Source: Bacillota bacterium
GTDB lineage: Bacteria > Bacillota > Clostridia > Peptostreptococcales > Anaerovoracaceae
Assembly: GCA_017405645.1 (NCBI GenBank)
Contig: JAFQZZ010000017.1
Coordinates: 4,125 to 68,124 of the forward strand
DNA: 64,000 bases
Reading direction: 5' to 3'
Shown here in pieces: positions 17,610 to 28,246 of this stretch (position 1 is the stretch's first letter; every line of letters starts with the position of its first letter). Below the pieces are notes generated by a model. The model saw nothing but the letters and a program-made list of their open reading frames with translations, did not search any database and had not been told where the DNA came from. The translations under genes and the position numbers were made by a program.

Positions 17610-19181
17610 TTATTTATAACTGTTGAAGAAGTTCATGATACCGTTGACGTTCAGCTGCGCGGCCTTCTGTCTCCATTCGGAAGACTTGAGTTTTTTGATC
17701 TCCACGGAGCTGGTGTAGAATCCCTGTTCGATCAGTACCGCCGGCATGCTGGTGTATTTGATCACGTAGAAGTTGGCGGTTTTGATGCCCCGGTCTTTGA
17801 TGCCCAGACCGCCGCCGCCGGACGGGAAGTTGGCGTCATGGATGTAGGTGGCCAGCTTCTTGCCGTTGGTGCTGGTGGGGTAGTAGTAGATTTCCCAGCC
17901 GTTGGCCTGGTCTTCCCAGTTCTCGCCGTCGCCGAAGGCGTTGGCGTGGACGCTGACGAAGATGTCCACGTTCTTATTATTGGCTGTGGCAACTCTGGAG
18001 GCCAGGGAAGGATCCGAGGTCTTGTCGCTGACCGTCATGTAGACCGTGACTCCCTTGGCTTTCAGCAGGTCCCGCATCCGGTAAGCGATGTCCCGGTTCA
18101 CTTCGTATTCCTTCAGGGTCCCGTCGGGGCTGCGCTTGCCGGCTGTGGCAGCGCCGTGGCCCGGATCCAGGCAAACCGTCAGCTTTCCGTCTTTGTAAGG
18201 ATCAAAGTTGGAAGCCGGCACAGTAGTGGCGGAATCGGAAGCCGTCGTGGATGTCGAGGTGCTTGTATTTGTTGTAGTCGTTGTCGTTGTAGTTGTCGTT
18301 GTGGATGTCGATGTTCCGGAAGAGGAGGACTTGTTCTCCGTAAAGGTGATGAACAGGGACTTCTTGTCATCGGACAGGGCGATCGCCGGAGTGGAGGCCG
18401 CGCTCAGGTCAAACACCAGACGGAACTGGGTGTTCGTGTGCATCGCCGTGCGGACGCTCTTGACCAACGCGCCGGACTTGGTGTTGGCGGGGAAGGTCTT
18501 CAGACTCGCCGTTGTGCCGGTGAAATTGTTGAAGTCCACGACGTACCGCGCCGGATTCGACAGGGTCATGGTGGAATAATCCGATTTGCTCATGGCCACG
18601 TTGGCGGTGACCTTTGCCCCCGAATACGGATAGGAATCCGTTCCGTAGGACACGTTGACGCCGGTGATGCTTCTGGAAGATGAAGCTGATGTGGTCGTCT
18701 GTGACGTGCCATAGGAGATGGAGGCCGTCCGGGTCTTACTATCCCAGCTTACTGTGGCACCCAGGGCTTCCGCCACGAAGCGGATGGGGATCAGGGTCCG
18801 GCCGTTGTACAGCCGGGGCACAGCGTCCATCGTCTTTACTACTCCGTCCACGGTGGCATTCAGGTTCAGGATCGTTAAAACCACCGTGTGCCCGTTCAGC
18901 TTGACGGTGACCTGCTGTTTGGCTTCGTTCCAGGAAACCGTCCCGCCCAGCTGTTCGAACACCGCCCGGGCCGGGATCATGGTCCGTTCGTTGATGATGA
19001 TGGGCATCACGTCCGCAGTGACCGAAGTTCCGTTCACCACCAGACGCACGTCGCTGGAAGTCCGGACTTCCTGAGTTTCCCCCTGGACGTCCGGAAGGAC
19101 GGCGGCGGCCATCAGAAAGACGGCTGCGGCAGCCAGCAGATAAAGCAAGATTCGTTTCGTTATAGATCGGCTCACAGACAT
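17610..19181 (-). CDS. N-acetylmuramoyl-L-alanine amidase (Amidase_3) with N-terminal stalk repeats and a Thr/Ser linker
   Basis: Signal/TM at the N-terminus. Two copper-amine-oxidase-N-like repeats (VNG..V....P.I...RT.IP.R.V.E.LG..V.W). Thr-rich linker. C-terminal LDPGHG...VSVHANA...GFYTS amidase core. Confidence 0.85.
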   Translation of the reverse strand: MSVSRSITKRILLYLLAAAAVFLMAAAVLPDVQGETQEVRTSSDVRLVVNGTSVTADVMPIIINERTMIPARAVFEQLGGTVSWNEAKQQVTVKLNGHTVVLTILNLNATVDGVVKTMDAVPRLYNGRTLIPIRFVAEALGATVSWDSKTRTASISYGTSQTTTSASSSRSITGVNVSYGTDSYPYSGAKVTANVAMSKSDYSTMTLSNPARYVVDFNNFTGTTASLKTFPANTKSGALVKSVRTAMHTNTQFRLVFDLSAASTPAIALSDDKKSLFITFTENKSSSSGTSTSTTTTTTTTTTTNTSTSTSTTASDSATTVPASNFDPYKDGKLTVCLDPGHGAATAGKRSPDGTLKEYEVNRDIAYRMRDLLKAKGVTVYMTVSDKTSDPSLASRVATANNKNVDIFVSVHANAFGDGENWEDQANGWEIYYYPTSTNGKKLATYIHDANFPSGGGGLGIKDRGIKTANFYVIKYTSMPAVLIEQGFYTSSVEIKKLKSSEWRQKAAQLNVNGIMNFFNSYK

Positions 19182-19434
19182 GATCGTTACCTCCTGTTTT
19201 TCCTTCGTATGTACATGCAGAAACAGGCCTTCCGGCCTTTTTCCGCGTTTTATTAAAAGAGTCGTATGGATATTCTATCAGAATATCAAAAAAGTACCAC
19301 CGAATTCACCGAAAATTGACAGAGACGTAAAGAAGCCGTAATATTACTGCAACAATTCCGTTGTGTTTTCGGCCTCTGCAAGGTATAATGAAGGATAACG
19401 ATAAATGAAATTTTACAGAAATGGAGGATCAAAC

Positions 19435-20541
19435 ATGGAAGCCAAAAAAGAATTCATGAGTTGGTTCAGAAATCGATATATCACGGAAGAAGACGTGGAT
19501 TTTCTGAGAGGGATCGTCGATGATGACGAAAAGATCGAAGAGTGCTTCGGAACGGACCTGATTTTTGAAGGCAACAAGCTGGAAGGAAAACTCGGCGTCG
19601 GGACGGCGTTTATGAACAATTTCCAGGTGTGCCGGGCGGTCCAGGCTTATTCCGCTCACATGATCCGTCTGGCCGGCGGCCATGTGGACGGCCGGGTGGC
19701 GATCGGATACGACGGCCGCTCCCTGAGCAAGGACTGGGGGGAGACCGTGTCCCGGATGCTGCTGGGAAACGGCATCGGCACTTCTCTTTTCCAGACACCC
19801 GTGTCTACGGAGCAGCTGTGCTTTGCCATCAACTACCTGAGACTGGAGGGCGGCATCATGATCACGGCGGATGAGGACGATCCCCGGTTGTATGGCCTGA
19901 AGTTCTTCAATGAAAAGGGTGAACCCATGGATGAAGAGGAGATGATGGGGACCGTGCTGGGCTTTGCCGATATCCACACCCAGTCCCAGATCAAGTCCTA
20001 TATGGGCGCCATGAGGATCAACTCGATCCACCTGAAGATCGGGATCTCCAATGATTATAATTTCATCAAGAGCATACAGACCCTGTCCGTGTCAGAGGAT
20101 GTGGACAAGGACCTGAAGATCGCCTATTCCCCGCTATACGGGGCAGGGGTGGAATTCATCCCGAAGCTGTTCGGGGAAACCGGCTACAAAAACTTCTATC
20201 CCGTGAAAGAAGAATCGGTGTTCAACGGGGAATTCCCGGGCCTGGAACGGCCGGATCCGTCGGATGAAAGAGTCTTTGCGAAGGTACTGGAAAAAGCAAA
20301 GGAAAAAGATGCGGACATCGCTATCGTGACCAATCCGAACCTTTCCGAATTCGGCGCGGCGGTGAAGACCGGCGAAGGGGAATACCGGATCCTGACACAG
20401 GAAGAGCAGAAAGCGATGCTGGAAGAATACAAGGCGGGATTCACCGGCGAAAAACCGGCTCATGCGAAGATCCCGGGCCCCAGCGACATCTTCCTCTTCG
20501 CGGAAATGATGGCTTACAATAAAAAGAACGGAAAACTGTAA
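19435..20541 (+). CDS. truncated alpha-D-phosphohexomutase homologue with degenerate catalytic motifs (probable pseudoenzyme)
   Basis: Collinear with PgcA-type phosphoglucomutases over domains I-II. GTGGMRG is replaced by EGNKLEG, the TASHNP phosphoserine loop by TADEDDP, and the DPDADR metal loop by NPNLSEF. The protein ends before the sugar- and phosphate-binding domains. Confidence 0.7.
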   Translation: MEAKKEFMSWFRNRYITEEDVDFLRGIVDDDEKIEECFGTDLIFEGNKLEGKLGVGTAFMNNFQVCRAVQAYSAHMIRLAGGHVDGRVAIGYDGRSLSKDWGETVSRMLLGNGIGTSLFQTPVSTEQLCFAINYLRLEGGIMITADEDDPRLYGLKFFNEKGEPMDEEEMMGTVLGFADIHTQSQIKSYMGAMRINSIHLKIGISNDYNFIKSIQTLSVSEDVDKDLKIAYSPLYGAGVEFIPKLFGETGYKNFYPVKEESVFNGEFPGLERPDPSDERVFAKVLEKAKEKDADIAIVTNPNLSEFGAAVKTGEGEYRILTQEEQKAMLEEYKAGFTGEKPAHAKIPGPSDIFLFAEMMAYNKKNGKL

Positions 20542-21722
20542 TGGCAAATATGGAACTGATCGCCACCGCCACCTTCGGGCTGGAAGCGGTGGTCAAGAGG
20601 GAAGTGCAGCGGCTGGGATACACGGTGCTCCGGTCGGAGGATGCGAAAATCACCTTCGCCGGGGATGAATCTGCGGTCCCCCGGGCCAACCTGTGGCTGC
20701 GCTGCGCGGACCGGGTGCTGGTGAAGATGGGGGAATTCCGGGCGGAATCCTTCGAGGAACTGTTCGAGGGGACGAAAAAACTCCCCTGGGAGGAATGGAT
20801 CCCGGAGGACGGGAAGTTCACCGTTAACGGGACCTCCGTCAAATCAAAACTGTTCAGCCTTTCCGACTGCCAGAAGATCATCAAGAAATCCGTGGTGGAA
20901 CGGCTCAAAAAAACCTATCCGGTGGAGGTTTTCCCGGAGACCGGGGCCCTTTACGGTATACGGTTCACGATCCTGAAGGACGTAGTGACGCTTTCCATCG
21001 ACACCTCCGGCCCGGGGCTCCACAAGCGGGGTTACCGGTCGGCGAACGTCCAGGCTCCCATCAAAGAGACCCTGGCGGCGGCCATGGTGGAACTGAGTTT
21101 CTGGAATCCGGACCGGGTCCTGGTGGATCCCTTCTGCGGTTCCGGCACCATTCTCATCGAGGCGGCGATGATCGGAAAGAACATCGCGCCGGGACTGTCC
21201 CGCAGTTTCGTCTCGGAACAGTGGGGACGGATCGATGAGAAACTCTGGAAGGATACCCGGGCGGAAGCCTTCCGGGCGATCCGGAATGACAAAGAACTGA
21301 AAATCTACGGGTCGGACATCGATCCGAAAGCGGTTTCGGCGGCCCGGGTGAATGCCTCCCGCGCCGGTCTTTCCGACGATATCGTGATCCGTCGGCGATC
21401 CTTCGAGGAACTGAAGATGCCCGGGGAGCACCCGATCATCATCACGAACCCGCCCTACGGGGAACGGATCGGGGACCGGGAAGCCCTGGAACGGATCTAC
21501 TATAAAATGGACCGGATCCTGGCCAGGGACAAGACCTGTTCCCTGTATCTGATCACGGCGGACAAGGATTTCGAGCGTTCGCTGCGGTCCCGGAAGAAGG
21601 CGGACCGGCGGAGGAAACTCTACAATGGCCGGATCGAGACCACCTATTACCAGTATTACGGAGAAAAACCCAATCAGACCGAAAGGAAAGAGATAAATGA
21701 TAACGATCAAAGCAATGGATGA
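20541..21722 (+). CDS. THUMP-domain class I SAM-dependent RNA methyltransferase (RlmL/YpsC-like)
   Basis: N-terminal THUMP region. SAM motif DPFCGSGTILIEA and catalytic NPPYGERI. The start overlaps the upstream stop (TAATG). Confidence 0.85.
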   Translation: MANMELIATATFGLEAVVKREVQRLGYTVLRSEDAKITFAGDESAVPRANLWLRCADRVLVKMGEFRAESFEELFEGTKKLPWEEWIPEDGKFTVNGTSVKSKLFSLSDCQKIIKKSVVERLKKTYPVEVFPETGALYGIRFTILKDVVTLSIDTSGPGLHKRGYRSANVQAPIKETLAAAMVELSFWNPDRVLVDPFCGSGTILIEAAMIGKNIAPGLSRSFVSEQWGRIDEKLWKDTRAEAFRAIRNDKELKIYGSDIDPKAVSAARVNASRAGLSDDIVIRRRSFEELKMPGEHPIIITNPPYGERIGDREALERIYYKMDRILARDKTCSLYLITADKDFERSLRSRKKADRRRKLYNGRIETTYYQYYGEKPNQTERKEINDNDQSNG

Positions 21723-22335
21723 AGTGCGGGAATTCGACAATGACCCGGAAAAAGTCGGTGAAATGATGGATACCATCATGCTTCTGGTGGAAGCGGATAA
21801 CCTGGTGGTGGATCATCTTCTGGTGGATGGAGTGCCGGTGATGAACAATCACCGCCAGTACATCAAAGAACACATCGATGAGATCCGGGAGATCGAAGCG
21901 ATCCCGGCGGGGAAAATCGATCTGGCGCTGGACAATATCGAGCAGATCGCCGACGGGATGGAGCCCTTCCTGCCCATGATGGACATTCTGGCGGAGGATT
22001 TCCGGCAGGGCGTATCCGAACGGGGCTGGAACGAGTTCGAAAACCTGATCAATACGATGATCCAGGTGGACGGCTGGCTGAAGGAGACCTTCATGATGGT
22101 GCTGGATGCGGACGACAATTCGTACAACACGAAGTTCGACCGGATCCGCAATGAATATATGAAGCTGTACAGCGTGCTTCACGATATCGAGGACGCGCTG
22201 AATTTCGACGATCCCGTCAAAGCCGGGAACCTGATCGAAAACAAGGTAAAGAAACACATCGCGGAGACCTGCAGCAGGATCCGGGAGACCCTGGCGTTCG
22301 CTGCGGAAAGACAGGGGGAGAAGAATGGACAATAA
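21697..22335 (+). CDS. hypothetical acidic helical protein
   Basis: 212-aa ORF with coding-like codon usage. Overlaps both neighbours (alternative ATG at 21715). I recognise no family signature. Confidence 0.55.
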   Translation: MITIKAMDEVREFDNDPEKVGEMMDTIMLLVEADNLVVDHLLVDGVPVMNNHRQYIKEHIDEIREIEAIPAGKIDLALDNIEQIADGMEPFLPMMDILAEDFRQGVSERGWNEFENLINTMIQVDGWLKETFMMVLDADDNSYNTKFDRIRNEYMKLYSVLHDIEDALNFDDPVKAGNLIENKVKKHIAETCSRIRETLAFAAERQGEKNGQ

Positions 22336-23488
22336 CAACATCAAATGGGCGCAGATCGACCTGGATGCCCTGAAATGGAATATGAGACAGATCCGCCGGC
22401 TGACGGGACCGGATGTGAAGGTGGCCGCAGTGGTCAAGGCCAATGGTTACGGCCACGGTGCGCTGGAGATCATGGACGCCCTGACGGAATCCGGGGCGGA
22501 TGTGATCGTGGTCTCCTCGGTGAACGAAGCGGTGGAGATGCGGAAGAAATACGATGAAGCGCAGATCCTGGTGCTGGGGGCTGCCCAGAAGGACGACATT
22601 CTGGACGCCATCCGGTATGGGATCGTCCAGACACTGAGTTCGGAAGAACAGGCGGAACTGGTTTCCAGGGCGGCCCAGCGTCTGGGCATTGGCGCCAACT
22701 GCCATATCAAGCTGGACACCGGCATGAACCGGATCGGTTTTCCGGTAAATGACGAAACGGTGGAGACGATCCTGAGGATCTCCAAAATGCCGGGGATCCG
22801 CCTGAACGGGATGTTCTCTCATTTTGCCGTTGCGGACGAAGCGGACAAGGCATTTACCCGGCTGCAGTTCGAACGGTTCTGCCAGATGCGGGAAGCGCTT
22901 CTGGACAGAGGCCTCCGGCTCCGGGTATGCCACATCGCCAACAGCGCCGGCATCATCGATTTCCCGGAATCGTATATGGACATGGTCCGCGCCGGCATCA
23001 TCACCTACGGCCTGTATCCGTCGGACGATGTGGACAAGAGCCGGATCGAACTGAAACCGGCCATGGAACTGAAAGCCCGGATTTCCCATATCAAGACCAT
23101 TCCGGAGGATGCGGGAATCAGCTACGGGCTGACGGATACCGTGAAAGCCGGGAGCATCATCGCTACAGTGCCCGTGGGCTATGCGGACGGGTATATGAGA
23201 GCCTTCAGCAATAAGGCGGACGTCCTGGTGAAGGGACACCGGGCCCGGATCCGGGGACGGGTGTGCATGGACCAGCTGATGATCGACGTGACCGATATTC
23301 CGGATGTCAAGGTGGGCGACGTGGTCACCCTGTTCGGAAAAGACGGGAAAGAAGAGATCACCCTGGACGAACTGGCGGCACTGGCCGGCACCATTTCCTA
23401 CGAACTGCTGTGTATGATCGGACGCCGGATTCCCCGGGTCTATATCGAAGGCGGAAGGATCGCGAGTATCACGAATTACCTGGAGTAA
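22325..23488 (+). CDS. alr: alanine racemase
   Basis: PLP-lysine block [11 protein letters not shown], plus the C-terminal VPVGYADGY and [11 protein letters not shown] motifs. Confidence 0.95.
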   Translation: MDNNNIKWAQIDLDALKWNMRQIRRLTGPDVKVAAVVKANGYGHGALEIMDALTESGADVIVVSSVNEAVEMRKKYDEAQILVLGAAQKDDILDAIRYGIVQTLSSEEQAELVSRAAQRLGIGANCHIKLDTGMNRIGFPVNDETVETILRISKMPGIRLNGMFSHFAVADEADKAFTRLQFERFCQMREALLDRGLRLRVCHIANSAGIIDFPESYMDMVRAGIITYGLYPSDDVDKSRIELKPAMELKARISHIKTIPEDAGISYGLTDTVKAGSIIATVPVGYADGYMRAFSNKADVLVKGHRARIRGRVCMDQLMIDVTDIPDVKVGDVVTLFGKDGKEEITLDELAALAGTISYELLCMIGRRIPRVYIEGGRIASITNYLE

Positions 23489-23490
23489 CC

Positions 23491-24981
23491 ATGAAAAAGT
23501 ATGTCATCGCCCTGGATCAGGGGACTACCAGTTCCAGAGCCATCATTTTTGATAAAGACCGCAATATTGTGGAGATGAAGCAGCGGGAATTCCCGCAGAT
23601 CTTCCCGAAACCCGGCTGGGTGGAACATGATCCGATGGACATTTACAGCACCCAGATGGCCGTGCTGCATGAAGCGGTGGCGGCGGCGGGGATCCCGGCG
23701 GAGGAGATCGCCGCCATCGGCATCACCAACCAGCGGGAAACCACCATCGTCTGGGACAGAAAGACCGGCGAACCGGTGTACAACGCCATCGTCTGGCAGT
23801 GCAGCCGGACGTCGGCGGAATGCGAAAAATACATCCGGCAGGGACACGGCAAAATGGTGCGGGAAAAGACCGGCCTGCTGATCGATTCCTACTTTTCCGC
23901 CACCAAGATCCGCTGGATACTGGAGAACGTGGAAGGGGCCCGTCAGCGGGCGGAAGCCGGGGAACTCCTCTTCGGCACGGTGGACACCTGGCTGGTATGG
24001 AAGATGACCGGCGGGAAGATTCACGTGACAGACATGACCAACGCGTCCCGGACCATGCTGTACAATATCCGGGAACGCTGCTGGGACAAAGAACTCCTGG
24101 AACTCTTCGGCATCCCGAAAAGCATGCTGCCCCGGGTCTGCAGTTCCAGCGAAATATACGGGATGTACGACCTGCCGGGAGAAGGGCCGGAGATTCCCAT
24201 CGCCGGCATCGCCGGGGACCAGCAGGCGGCACTGTTCGGACAGGCCTGCTTTGAAGCGGGCCAGGCCAAGAACACCTACGGTACCGGCTGTTTCATGCTG
24301 ATGAACATCGGCGAGGAATGCCGGATCTCCGACGGAAAACTGGTGACCACCATCGGCATCGGCCTGAAGGACCGCGTCCAGTATGCGGTGGAAGGCAGCG
24401 TTTTCGTCGGCGGAGCGGTGATCCAGTGGCTGCGGGACGGACTGCAGATCCTGGCGAAGTCTTCCGATTCGGAAGCGGCGGCGGAAAGCGTCCCGGACAA
24501 CGGCGGCGTGTATTTCGTGCCGGCGTTCACCGGCCTGGGGGCGCCTTACTGGGATATGTACGCCCGGGGAGCGGTCCTGGGGATCACCCGGGGAACCACC
24601 CGGGAACACATTATCCGCGCCGCAGTGGAATCCATGGCTTTCCAGAGCATGGAACTGCTGGAATCCCTGCAGAAGGAATCCGGCATACCCATCGAACGCC
24701 TTCGGGTGGACGGCGGCGCCTGCAGCAATGACTTCCTGATGCAGTTCCAGTCGGATATCTGCGGCGTGACCATCGAACGGCCCGTAATACGGGAAACCAC
24801 CGCCTTGGGGGCGGCTTACCTGGCGGGACTGGCCGCGGGCTTCTGGGAGAGTCTGGAGGACGTGAGCCGGGGCCGGGAAGTAGAGCGCATTTTTGAACCG
24901 TCCATGGAGGGTTCGGAACGGGAGCGCCTTTCCGAAGAATGGAGAAAGGCTGTCGGCCGGACACTGGACTGGGCAAAATAA
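23491..24981 (+). CDS. glpK: glycerol kinase
   Basis: Begins at the ATG at 23491: [21 protein letters not shown]. Also has [23 protein letters not shown] and the FGGY-kinase C-terminal domain. Confidence 0.95.
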   Translation: MKKYVIALDQGTTSSRAIIFDKDRNIVEMKQREFPQIFPKPGWVEHDPMDIYSTQMAVLHEAVAAAGIPAEEIAAIGITNQRETTIVWDRKTGEPVYNAIVWQCSRTSAECEKYIRQGHGKMVREKTGLLIDSYFSATKIRWILENVEGARQRAEAGELLFGTVDTWLVWKMTGGKIHVTDMTNASRTMLYNIRERCWDKELLELFGIPKSMLPRVCSSSEIYGMYDLPGEGPEIPIAGIAGDQQAALFGQACFEAGQAKNTYGTGCFMLMNIGEECRISDGKLVTTIGIGLKDRVQYAVEGSVFVGGAVIQWLRDGLQILAKSSDSEAAAESVPDNGGVYFVPAFTGLGAPYWDMYARGAVLGITRGTTREHIIRAAVESMAFQSMELLESLQKESGIPIERLRVDGGACSNDFLMQFQSDICGVTIERPVIRETTALGAAYLAGLAAGFWESLEDVSRGREVERIFEPSMEGSERERLSEEWRKAVGRTLDWAK

Positions 24982-25007
24982 CAGGAATGGAAAGGGAATA
25001 GAGAAAA

Positions 25008-26507
25008 ATGAAGTATAAACAACGAGGGAAAAGAACCTTCGCCGTTTTGATCATAACGCTGACAATGGTATTCACCTCCGTGGTGCCTTCCTACGCGGCC
25101 GGCAATTTCATGACGCTGAACCAGGCGGTCATTTGCCTGCGGGATGCGATGCTGGCCCGTCAGACCAGCATCACGATGAACATCGAGACCACGGTGGACT
25201 TTCGGCAGGTCTATGCCACCCGGGACTATCTGCTGTTCCCGGCGTTCAGCGAGGACATCGCCACTACCGTGAACTCGGGCGGATATCTGCAGAGCGTGTG
25301 GAGCCGCCACAGCTATATCATTCGGCAGGGAACCAATAACAGGTGGCAGATCACCTTCAAAAATATCGAATACAAAACGACACTGGCCCAGGAAGAGGCC
25401 TTCCTGCAGCGGCTGGAGGAGGTCATGGACGAGCTGGACGTATGGCCCATGGCGGACTACATGAAGTACCGGACGATCTACCGGTATGTGACGGAGCACG
25501 TGGACTACGATTACGACGCCTATCAGGAGTTTCTGGATCACAACGGCAGCGCGGACGGACATGAAACCGCCTATACGGCCTACGGTGCACTGGTGGAAGG
25601 CAAGGCCGTCTGCCAGGGGTATTCGGCCCTGTTTTACGCCATGTGCCGCTATGCGGGGCTTCCGGTGCTGATCCTGACCGGCCAGGCGGAAGGTGAGGAC
25701 GGATACGAGAACCATGCATGGAACATGATCCAGCTGGGCGGCCAGTGGTACCAGGTGGACACCACCTGGGATGAGGGCCGGCCTGTCTGGGCGCACAGGT
25801 ATTTCGCCAAGGGCACCGAAAACATGACCGATCATATACTGGACCATCGTTTCATGACGGAGGAGTTCCATAATAAATACGGGCTTTCCGCGGAAGATTA
25901 CCGGGAAACCGATGCGGACTTTGAGAATGTCTGCCGTTTCCGTGATGTATCGGAAAGCGATTATTTCTATTATCCCGCCTGGGAACTGTCCGAGCTGGGC
26001 ATTTTCACCGGGACGAACAAATACACCTTTGCACCGTATCTGACCATGAACCGGGCCATGATGATCACTCTGCTGTACCGGATCGCGGGATCGCCTGAAG
26101 TGCAGGGCGAAAATCTCTTTGCGGACGTGCCGGAGGATTCCTGGTACCGGGATGCGGTGGTCTGGGCCACGGAAGAAGAGCTGACCTACGGGGTGGGCGA
26201 GGACCGGTTCGGACCGGAAGGCACCCTGACCCGGGAGCAGCTGGCCACCTTCCTGTACCGGTTTGACTGGCTGAGCGAAGAAGAACCGCCTCTGCCGGAA
26301 GAAGACTATCTGTCCGGATTTGATGATGCGGATACGGTTTCGGATTACGCACTGGATTCGCTGAACTGGGCGGCGGGCCACGGCATCATCAACGGCATGC
26401 CGGGGAATAAGATCGAGCCTGCCGGCGCGGCCAACCGTGCTCAGGCGGCGACGATGCTGTACCGGTATCTGGATCAGGAAACAGAAGAAGATGAAACCTC
26501 GTTATAA
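25008..26507 (+). CDS. secreted transglutaminase-like (papain-fold) protein with three C-terminal SLH repeats
   Basis: Signal peptide. Cys-His-Asp core GKAVCQGYSALFYAMCR...NHAWNMIQL...YQVDTTWD. Three SLH-like repeats (F.DV....Y.......G...G.....F.P....R......LYR). Confidence 0.8.
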   Translation: MKYKQRGKRTFAVLIITLTMVFTSVVPSYAAGNFMTLNQAVICLRDAMLARQTSITMNIETTVDFRQVYATRDYLLFPAFSEDIATTVNSGGYLQSVWSRHSYIIRQGTNNRWQITFKNIEYKTTLAQEEAFLQRLEEVMDELDVWPMADYMKYRTIYRYVTEHVDYDYDAYQEFLDHNGSADGHETAYTAYGALVEGKAVCQGYSALFYAMCRYAGLPVLILTGQAEGEDGYENHAWNMIQLGGQWYQVDTTWDEGRPVWAHRYFAKGTENMTDHILDHRFMTEEFHNKYGLSAEDYRETDADFENVCRFRDVSESDYFYYPAWELSELGIFTGTNKYTFAPYLTMNRAMMITLLYRIAGSPEVQGENLFADVPEDSWYRDAVVWATEEELTYGVGEDRFGPEGTLTREQLATFLYRFDWLSEEEPPLPEEDYLSGFDDADTVSDYALDSLNWAAGHGIINGMPGNKIEPAGAANRAQAATMLYRYLDQETEEDETSL

Positions 26508-27450
26508 TGGTTTGCAAAAGTTCATAATCCTGGCGCTGGTGCTGGCGCTGTCGGCATCGCCGATGACGGTTTTCGCCGCGGGTTCACAGAGCCTGGACAG
26601 TTCCGTGGTCAAGCTTCGGGACGCCATGGTGGCCCGGCAGGATGTCGTTCAGATGTATTTCTATTCCTGGAAGGATTTCAGAAAGGACGAGGCCATCCGG
26701 GATGAACTGTTTTACGCCGCCTGCAGCGAGGAGTATTCCAACGCCTATTATACCGGCGCGTATTTGAAAAGCAATGTGAAGAGCTGTGAAGTCTCCACCG
26801 AGCAGATCTCTTCGGATCCGCCCCGGTGGAAGGTCACATTCAGCAACTTCGTATACCGCACGACGGCGGAGCAGGAGGCGGAATTCGACGCCCGGCTCCA
26901 GGAGGTCATGGCGGAGCTGGCCATCGAAAATGAGACCGAATATGAAAAATGCCGGGCTATTTACGATTACATCACTTCCCACGTGACCTACGATCGGGAA
27001 GCGTACCAGGCCCACCTTCAGGGGGACGACAGCGGGTACGACCTGGCATACACTGCCTATTCCGCCCTGATCGGCGGCCGGGCCGTCTGCCAGGGATATG
27101 CGACGCTGTTCTACGCCATGTGCAAGTGCGCGGGGCTCAACGTGCTGATGGTGGATGGGATCGCCCAGGGCCAGGACGGCTGGGGAGAGCACGCCTGGAA
27201 CATGGTGCAGATCGACGGTTACTGGTATCAGGCGGATTCCACCTGGGACTCCCAGCGTTCCGCCATGGGCTATAAATACTTTCTCCAGGGAACGGATACG
27301 TTCAAAAAACACCGGCTGAACCTGGACTACACGCAGCAGTCCTTCGTTTCCGCCCACATCATGCCGGTGAACAGTTACAAGAACTCGATCAACGAGAATC
27401 CGCTGATACAGCTGTTCAAGAAAATAAAAGAATTGCTTTTAGGACATTAA
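26491..27450 (+). CDS. secreted transglutaminase-like protein, paralogue without SLH repeats
   Basis: Start at the ATG at 26491, a 17-nt overlap with the upstream gene. Signal peptide ...SPMTVFA. Same core GRAVCQGYATLFYAMCK...EHAWNMVQI...YQADSTWD. Confidence 0.8.
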   Translation: MKPRYNGLQKFIILALVLALSASPMTVFAAGSQSLDSSVVKLRDAMVARQDVVQMYFYSWKDFRKDEAIRDELFYAACSEEYSNAYYTGAYLKSNVKSCEVSTEQISSDPPRWKVTFSNFVYRTTAEQEAEFDARLQEVMAELAIENETEYEKCRAIYDYITSHVTYDREAYQAHLQGDDSGYDLAYTAYSALIGGRAVCQGYATLFYAMCKCAGLNVLMVDGIAQGQDGWGEHAWNMVQIDGYWYQADSTWDSQRSAMGYKYFLQGTDTFKKHRLNLDYTQQSFVSAHIMPVNSYKNSINENPLIQLFKKIKELLLGH

Positions 27451-27478
27451 AAAACCCCAACCTGCGTTGGGGTTTTTC
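27449..27478. terminator. bidirectional intrinsic terminator
   Basis: AAAAACCCCAAC-ctgc-GTTGGGGTTTTT. Confidence 0.85.
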
Positions 27479-27486
27479 GATTCTGA

Positions 27487-28137
27487 TCAGTCCGCCAGTG
27501 ATTTGATCAGGGCGGAGGAGCCCAGCCGGTCAGCACCCAGGGAGAGGTACATTTCCGCGTCCTCCCAGGTCCGGATCCCGCCGGAGGCTTTGATCTTAAC
27601 GTTTGAGCCCTCCAGGCACCGGGCGAAGAGGGTTACGTCTTCCGGCGTGGCGTTTCCCGTGCCGAAGCCGGTGGAGGTCTTGATGTAGTCCGCGCCGGCG
27701 TCACGGACGATCTTGCACATCCGAATCTTTTCCTCTTCCGTCAGGTAGCAGGTCTCCACAATCACCTTCAGGATCTTCCCGTCGGTCTCTTTCCGGAGTG
27801 CTCCGATTTCCTCCCGGACGGCGTCAAACCGGCCGTCCTTCAGAAAAGCGACATTAATGACCATGTCGATCTCTTCCGCACCGTCCTCCAGGGCCTGCCG
27901 GGTCTCCTGCACTTTCGCGGAAGGAGTTGAGTATCCGTTGGGGAAGCCGATCACGGTGCAGACCGGGATCCTTCCGGCGAGAAACACCGCCGCATCTTTC
28001 ACGTAGCAGGGCGGGATGCAGACGGAAGCGGCGCCGTATGCCAGCGCTTCCTCGCAGATCCTGCGGACCTCCGGCCAGGTGGATGTTGGCGCCAGCAGCG
28101 TATGATCGATATGAGGGCAAATACTCTTAATATCCAT
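27487..28137 (-). CDS. deoC: deoxyribose-phosphate aldolase
   Basis: IDHTLL near the N-terminus and the Schiff-base lysine region DYIKTSTGF, then IKASGGIR. Confidence 0.95.
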   Translation of the reverse strand: MDIKSICPHIDHTLLAPTSTWPEVRRICEEALAYGAASVCIPPCYVKDAAVFLAGRIPVCTVIGFPNGYSTPSAKVQETRQALEDGAEEIDMVINVAFLKDGRFDAVREEIGALRKETDGKILKVIVETCYLTEEEKIRMCKIVRDAGADYIKTSTGFGTGNATPEDVTLFARCLEGSNVKIKASGGIRTWEDAEMYLSLGADRLGSSALIKSLAD

Positions 28138-28246
28138 GATGAGTTTCCTTTCAAATTGTTCTCATACTATCATATCACATCCCGCACTTTACAAAAAGAC
28201 GGGAGATACGATATAATCAAATAGATATCAAGACGGAGGAAGCGCA

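Noticed and set aside
17129-17626. Plus-strand 165-aa ORF running through the terminator and antisense to the HEPN-like gene.
   Set aside because: It begins inside the terminator hairpin, has no RBS, and has an odd composition. The minus-strand frame has a proper GAGGTG-ATG start and coherent helical sequence.
18225-18320. Short-period GTTGT/GTCGT repeats on the plus strand.
   Set aside because: They encode the Thr/Ser-rich linker (TSTSTTTTTTTTTTTNTSTSTSTT) of the amidase on the minus strand. This is low-complexity coding sequence, not a CRISPR array or an independent repeat element.
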